Positions 55,699 to 64,000 of a stretch of DNA of 64,000 bases are shown piece after piece (position 1 is the stretch's first letter; each line of letters begins with the position of its first letter). Made by a program: the position numbers and the translations under genes. The stretch is from Dictyostelium discoideum (Eukaryota), in assembly GCA_000004695.1 (NCBI GenBank), contig CM000154.2, forward strand, positions 3,648,001 through 3,712,000. Reading direction: 5' to 3'. Under the pieces are notes generated by a model. That model was not told the DNA's origin and did no database searches. It worked only from the letters and a program-made list of their open reading frames with translations.

Positions 55699-56515
55699 AT
55701 GGAAAGTAACATAATTACTTGGTTAAATAATTGTTCTCAAGAATTAGTTGATTCTGTTTTAGCATTATCCAATAATAGATATTTTATTTCTCAAAAGAGT
55801 TTGGAAGATTTTACAATTGAGCAAATGTAAGAAAAAAAAAATAATAATTTAAATAATTAAAATAATTAAAAAAAAATTTTATAATATATATTAATTTTAT
55901 ATAAAATTTAGATTTAACTATTCAATAAGTGTAGAACAATATAATACAATAAAAAATGGAGTTGAAGCATTAGAAATTATAAATGATGATTTTGATCAAA
56001 GAGGAACCAAAGTTGAGATAATATTTCATTATGATGGATTAAATGGTGTAAATAAATGGTATAAAGAATCAATTAGAAAAATAATTTCAAATAATATTAG
56101 TTTAAATACAGATTATGTTATAATTAATAATACAATGATAAAAGAAATTGAACCAAAAAGTAGAAAAATGTATTTCAATCCAATTCCACCAATTGAAATT
56201 TCTCACTTGTTATCAGATGATAAATATCATGATTTTATATTTTCATTAAATAGATCATATGGTCCATATTGGTATGTCTGTTCGGCAATAATTTGCTTTG
56301 GTTTAGCAGTTTTATTTTTTTTCTCTTTTATATTTATTAGTAAAGCTGTTGGTTTTTCATTACTATTTGTTTTTGGTATTTCTAGTGTTTGTCTTGGTAT
56401 TTTCTCATTCATTTATGTTAAATCATTAAGAGTATGTATTTTAATAATTTTAAAAAAAATCATAATTTATTATCTATTCAAATATTAATTTAAATAATTT
56501 ATTTTTTGAAAAAAA

Positions 56516-56583
<68 letters not shown>

Positions 56584-56776
56584 GTATAATATAATAAAAA
56601 AAAAAATTATAAAATTTAATAGATTACTAGAATCAAGTCAAATACCATTACATTTCAGATTCTTAAGAAAGGAAATAAATTTTCCTCAAACAGATGATAA
56701 CCTTACAATGGAAGTTTATTATGATTTTATGAAAAACAATGATTTCCAACAATTTTTATCTTCCTCAACCGTTTAA
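55699..56776 (+). CDS. Small 2-TM membrane protein, paralog C: join(55699..55826,55912..56431,~56623..56776)
   Basis: Exon 1 MESNIITWLNNCSQELVDSVLALSNNRYFISQKSLEDFTIEQ, donor AT|GTAAGA 55827 (phase 2). Acceptor TTTAG 55911. Exon 2 IFNYSISVEQYNTIKNGV...MIKEIEPKSRKMYFNPIPPIEISHLLSDDKYHDFIFSLNRSYGPYWYVCSAIICFGLAVLFFFSFIFISKAVGFSLLFVFGISSVCLGIFSFIYVKSLR, donor AGA|GTATGT 56432. Terminal exon LLESSQIPLHFRFLRKEINFPQTDDNLTMEVYYDFMKNNDFQQFLSSSTV* after acceptor TTTAATAG 56622, with the same 1-nt phase offset as paralog B. Confidence 0.5.
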
Positions 56777-56918
56777 ATTAAACAATAATAATAAATTAAA
56801 ATAATAAATTAAAATAAAATTAAAAACAATAATTAAAAATTTAAATCTTACTCTAATGGTAATAATACTTTTTTTTTTAAAATCTCTTTTATTTAAAACT
56901 ATTTAATTAATTATAATA

Positions 56919-57652
56919 TTAACAAGATTTTAAGAAATAATTTTTTTCATGCCATTCTGAAAAGTTACGAATACAACCACCACCGACAGACGATGTTTTA
57001 CAGTTGGAGTTTTCACACAATTTTTCGTATGCTTTTTATAAATAAAAAAAAAGAAATTAAAAAATTAAATTAGTAAATAAAAAATTAAGGAATGAGAAAA
57101 AAAAAAAAACCTACGTTTATCATTATCACAATACCAACTTGAGTATTCGTTTAATCCATTATGGAAAACTATATCATTGGTATAATAATAATAATATTGT
57201 GGATCTGATTCACAAGCACTATCACCATAAGTAGTTTCTCTAAATCCATAAAGTGGAATTGATGGATTATTTTCAATTGAAATAAGAACGTAATTGGTAG
57301 CTACATAGATATCTCTGTTGGCATATTCTGGTGCTCTATAACATCCACCAACTTGATATGATACATCTGGATTTGATTTTTGCTCGCTGCATGTAATGTC
57401 ATAATCTGAATATTCTGATATAGTTCCATTTGTACCTGTACTATCTAGTGTAACTCTGTAATTATTACTCGAATGATTTATATTTATTCCAAAGCATTCA
57501 CCAATTTGAAAAGCAAATCCAACACCATTTTCTCCATTCGAAACTGTGCAATTTTCGTCCAAATATGGAGTCATATGTAAATAGCTAACTCCTTCAACCT
57601 TTGAATATCCAATTAATAATGTAATAAAAAAAAGAAATATTTGGTATTTCAT
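56919..57652 (-). CDS. Secreted Cys-rich protein of unknown family, complement(join(56919..57031,57115..57652))
   Basis: Signal peptide MKYQIFLFFITLLIGYSKVEG. The body has 8+ Cys, several N-x-S/T sites and a YYYY motif. The ORF reads into oligo(T) after ..SWYCDNDK. The donor C|GTAGGT (GT 57114-57113, phase 1) and acceptor ATAAAAAG (AG 57033-57032) give an in-frame Cys-containing C-terminus: PYEKLCENSNCKTSSVGGGCIRNFSEWHEKNYFLKSC*. Confidence 0.55.
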
Positions 57653-58332
57653 TTTTTAATTTTATTTTATATTTATAAACCGCGATGATTCAAAACGAAA
57701 ACTATTAACATTAAAAAAAAAAAAAAAAAAAAAAAAAAACATCGTTAAAAAAAAAAGATTTTTTAAGATATTTATTGAAATTTCTATAAAATAGTTATTT
57801 CTTCTAAAAACTAGACAACAAAAACAAAACAGCCTGAAAAATCAAACAAAGATTCCAAATAATTTTAAGGGGCAAAAAATATCAATAACATGGTGTAATT
57901 TGGGAAATAAAAAAAAAAATAAAACAAAATAAAGAGGGAAAAAAAAAAGAAAAATAAAAAAAAAAAACTCTACACTCCCTTTGAAATAGGAAAAAAATTA
58001 AAAAATGAATAAAAAAAAAAAATAATAATAATAGTAATAATAATATAATAATATTAAATCTAAATTATGGTAAACAAAAAATTATTTTTTAAAAATGATC
58101 AGTGTCAACGTGAAAATAAGAATAAAATAAAAATAAAAAAAAATTAAAAATAAAAAAGGTGAAAATGAAAAGTGAAAAATTTACGTTATCAAAATTTGTC
58201 GCTAAAAAAAAAAAAAAAAATTGAAAAAAAAGAAAAAAAAAATTGAAAAAAATTTTAGTGGGTGCTCGTCGTTTTAAATTTTTTTTTTTTTCCGCTTAGT
58301 GCTTTTCCTTTCCTTTATCATATCAATCTAAA

Positions 58333-59026
58333 ATGGTATGTATACTATGTGATTTTAGATATTAATAGGTCATGCTATTTTTTTGGATCAATCTTTCATT
58401 GTTTGAAAGATAAGAGATGAAAACTTGTATGATAATTTATTTTAGAATGAATAGAATTGATATTAATATAATTAAAATAAAATAATCATCAATCAATATC
58501 ATCATTATCAACAAACAAACAATCAATCAATCTATTATCAATTATAGGGTCGTGTTAGAACAAAGACAATCAAAAGAGCTTCCAAACTCCTCATTGAGAA
58601 GCATTACCCAAGACTTACCAATGACTTCGACACTAACAAGAGAACTTGCGACAAACTCGCCAAGATCCCATCAAAACGTTTAAGAAACAAGATTGCTGGT
58701 TTCTGTACCCATTTAATGAGACGTATTGCTAATGGTCCAGTCCGTGGTATTTCTTACAAATTACAAGAAGAAGAAAGAGAAAAGAGAGATAACTACGTTC
58801 CACAAGAATCAGCCATCAAAACCAACGAAGTTAAAATCGATCGTGATGTTGAAGAAATGCTTAAATCTACTTTGGAATTCCCAACCATCCCACGTAAGTT
58901 TTAATATTAAAAAAGAAAAGAAAAAGCAAAAAAAAAGTACCTAACCTTACCTTTTTTTTAATTATAGAAATCCACGTCGTTGACCAAAAGAGATACAACA
59001 AAAACACCAAAAAATCAAACAAATAA
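58333..59026 (+). CDS. rps17: 40S ribosomal protein S17 (eS17), join(58333..58335,58548..58893,58968..59026); the first exon is the ATG alone
   Basis: aaaATG|GTATGT (58333-58341), then a 212-nt intron and acceptor ATTATAG 58547. Exon 2 [115 protein letters not shown] matches human RPS17 ([87 protein letters not shown]). Donor C|GTAAGT 58894 (phase 1), acceptor ATTATAG 58967. Exon 3 [19 protein letters not shown]. The downstream plus-strand ORFs in the window (58716.., 58726..) are frame artefacts of this gene. Confidence 0.9.
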
Positions 59027-59193
59027 ACGTCAGATTGTTGATTATATAGAATTTTTTTTTATTTATTTATTTTAGCAAAGTTTTTTTTAGAATCTTCTTT
59101 TAATTTTATTATTATACTATTATTACATTTTACCCTCCATGAGGTATGAGTTGGGAGGTTATATTAACAGAACGAATAAAAAAAATAATTAAT

Positions 59194-62571
<3,378 letters not shown>

Positions 62572-62911
62572 TTTTAATTATTATTTTTGGAAATGATTAA
62601 AAAAAAAAAGTGATTAAACGCTGCAAAAAAAAAAAAAATTAAAAAAACAGAAAAATATAAATAAAAATAAAAAAAAAAAAAAAAAATATTTTTAATGAAA
62701 AGTGGAAAAAAAGTTGAAAAAAAAAAAAAGCAGAGGTAAAAAAAGATATATTCTTTTATTTTAATCAAAATATTTTTTAATTATATTAATTCACTTCAAT
62801 TATATATTTTAATATTAATAATCTATTAAATAAAATATAAAATAAAATAAATAAGAATAAATAAATAAAAATAAAAAAAATAAAAATTAAAAAAAAAAAA
62901 TCAGTTTTGAT

Positions 62912-62952
<41 letters not shown>

Positions 62953-63189
62953 AAAACGAAAATAAAAAAAAAAAAAAAAAACAATTCGAATTTTTTTTTT
63001 TTTCATTTCTCACATTTCATTGTTTCATTTTCATTATTAAATAATACAAAAAAAGTTTTTTTAAAACAATATAGCGAATAGAATTAAAATATTTAATTAC
63101 AATATTTTAATAGGAATAATTACAAACAAAAAAAAAACTTTTAGAAATACAACAAATAAAAAAAATAAAATATAAAAATATAATATAAA

Positions 63190-63628
63190 ATGGCAACCAA
63201 AGCAGTTTCAGAAGTCATGAGACAACAATTAAAAAGAAAAGTTTTTAGAAATATTCCACATAACATTTTAACCCAATTTCCAGATCATACAGTTAAATCT
63301 TTAAGTCCAAAATTTGTTGAAGCTTTACCAAATGTACCAGCTGGTGTTATTAAAATCACCCTCATTAAAAGTGGACAACGTGGTGTTGATGAACATATTA
63401 AAGGAACAATGAATGCTTTAGGTTTAAAAAAAATGCATCATTATATGTTCCATAAAAATACACCAGAAATTAGAGGAATGATCCATAAAGTAAATATATA
63501 TATATAATTTTTTATTTTTTTTTTTAATCACTCTTATAATATCTCAAATTTGTTTCTAATATTTATTATTATTATTTTTATAGTTAAGACAATATGTAAA
63601 AGTTGAAGAAATCCCAATCAATAATTAA
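63190..63628 (+). CDS. mrpl30: Mitochondrial ribosomal protein L30 (uL30m), join(63190..63489,63584..63628)
   Basis: MATKAVSEVMRQQLKRKVF... (basic N-terminal presequence-like) ..IKITLIKSGQRGVDEHIKGTMNALGLKKMHHYMFHKNTPEIRGMIHK, donor AAA|GTAAAT 63490. Acceptor TTTTTATAG 63583. Exon 2 LRQYVKVEEIPINN*. This matches bacterial L30 (..[52 protein letters not shown]). Confidence 0.75.
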
Positions 63629-63787
63629 AAAAAGTTTAAAATTAAAATTTATATAAATATAGTAAAATAAAAAAAAAAAAAAGATAAGGAAAAAAAAAAA
63701 AAAAGATAAAAAGTTATGGATTTTTTTTTTTATTTTGAAAAAAAAGAAAGAACATCATTATATATTTATTTATATTTTTACTTATTA

Positions 63788-63790
63788 TTG

Positions 63791-63882
<92 letters not shown>

Positions 63883-63886
63883 TATA
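63788..63886. repeat. (ATT)n microsatellite, about 33 units, intergenic
   Basis: Uninterrupted attattatt run downstream of mrpl30. Confidence 0.9.
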
Positions 63887-64000
63887 TTGTTTCCCTTAAA
63901 ATATATTTTTAATATATTTTAAAAAAAACAAAAAAAAAAAAAGATATCTATCGGATTAACTTTTAAAATTTTTTTTAATAAAAAAAAGGAAATTATACAA

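Overview
This is AT-rich eukaryotic nuclear DNA. It has the hallmarks of a Dictyostelium discoideum-like dictyostelid genome: long oligo(A)/(T) intergenic runs, (AAT)n tracts coding poly-Asn, and short AT-rich GT..AG introns. The tRNA genes carry a downstream external B box and a T5 terminator, and a retroelement sits next to a tRNA gene. All calls come from reading the six-frame track and the raw sequence, with splice sites placed by hand at GTAAGT-like donors and (T)nAG acceptors. No searches were run. Recognisable genes, in order: a CHMP2/Vps2-like 5' end, malonyl-CoA decarboxylase, a class-I PITP, rpl22, a ZNF207/BuGZ-like zinc finger gene, Elongator Elp3, two tRNA-Val(UAC) genes in a ~1.4 kb tandem duplication, a multi-pass membrane protein, iron-ADH/ADHFE1, bifunctional GARS-AIRS (purD), an F-box/LRR protein, an F-box/WD40 protein, prohibitin, tRNA-Arg(UCU) with a TRE3-like retroelement downstream, an S28 serine peptidase, a small secreted Cys-rich protein, rps17 with an ATG-only first exon, a large NRPS-like A-T-R enzyme, and mitochondrial ribosomal L30. 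The most unusual region is a tandem array of four B-box zinc finger + FNIP-repeat genes at 16.6-33.3 kb, with degenerate relics to 34.5 kb. Two members look intact and two are pseudogenes, and one pseudogene carries a 5'-truncated non-LTR retrotransposon insertion flanked by a 16-bp target-site duplication. Also notable: a ~240-bp inverted duplication of the elp3 promoter, first exon and first intron flanking the ZNF207-like gene; a three-gene tandem family of small 2-TM proteins at 52.8-56.8 kb; and a ~150-bp satellite at 50.1-50.6 kb with a palindromic core. Three 100-N assembly gaps (6897-6996, 46756-46855, 53849-53948) each coincide with repeat or retroelement sequence.
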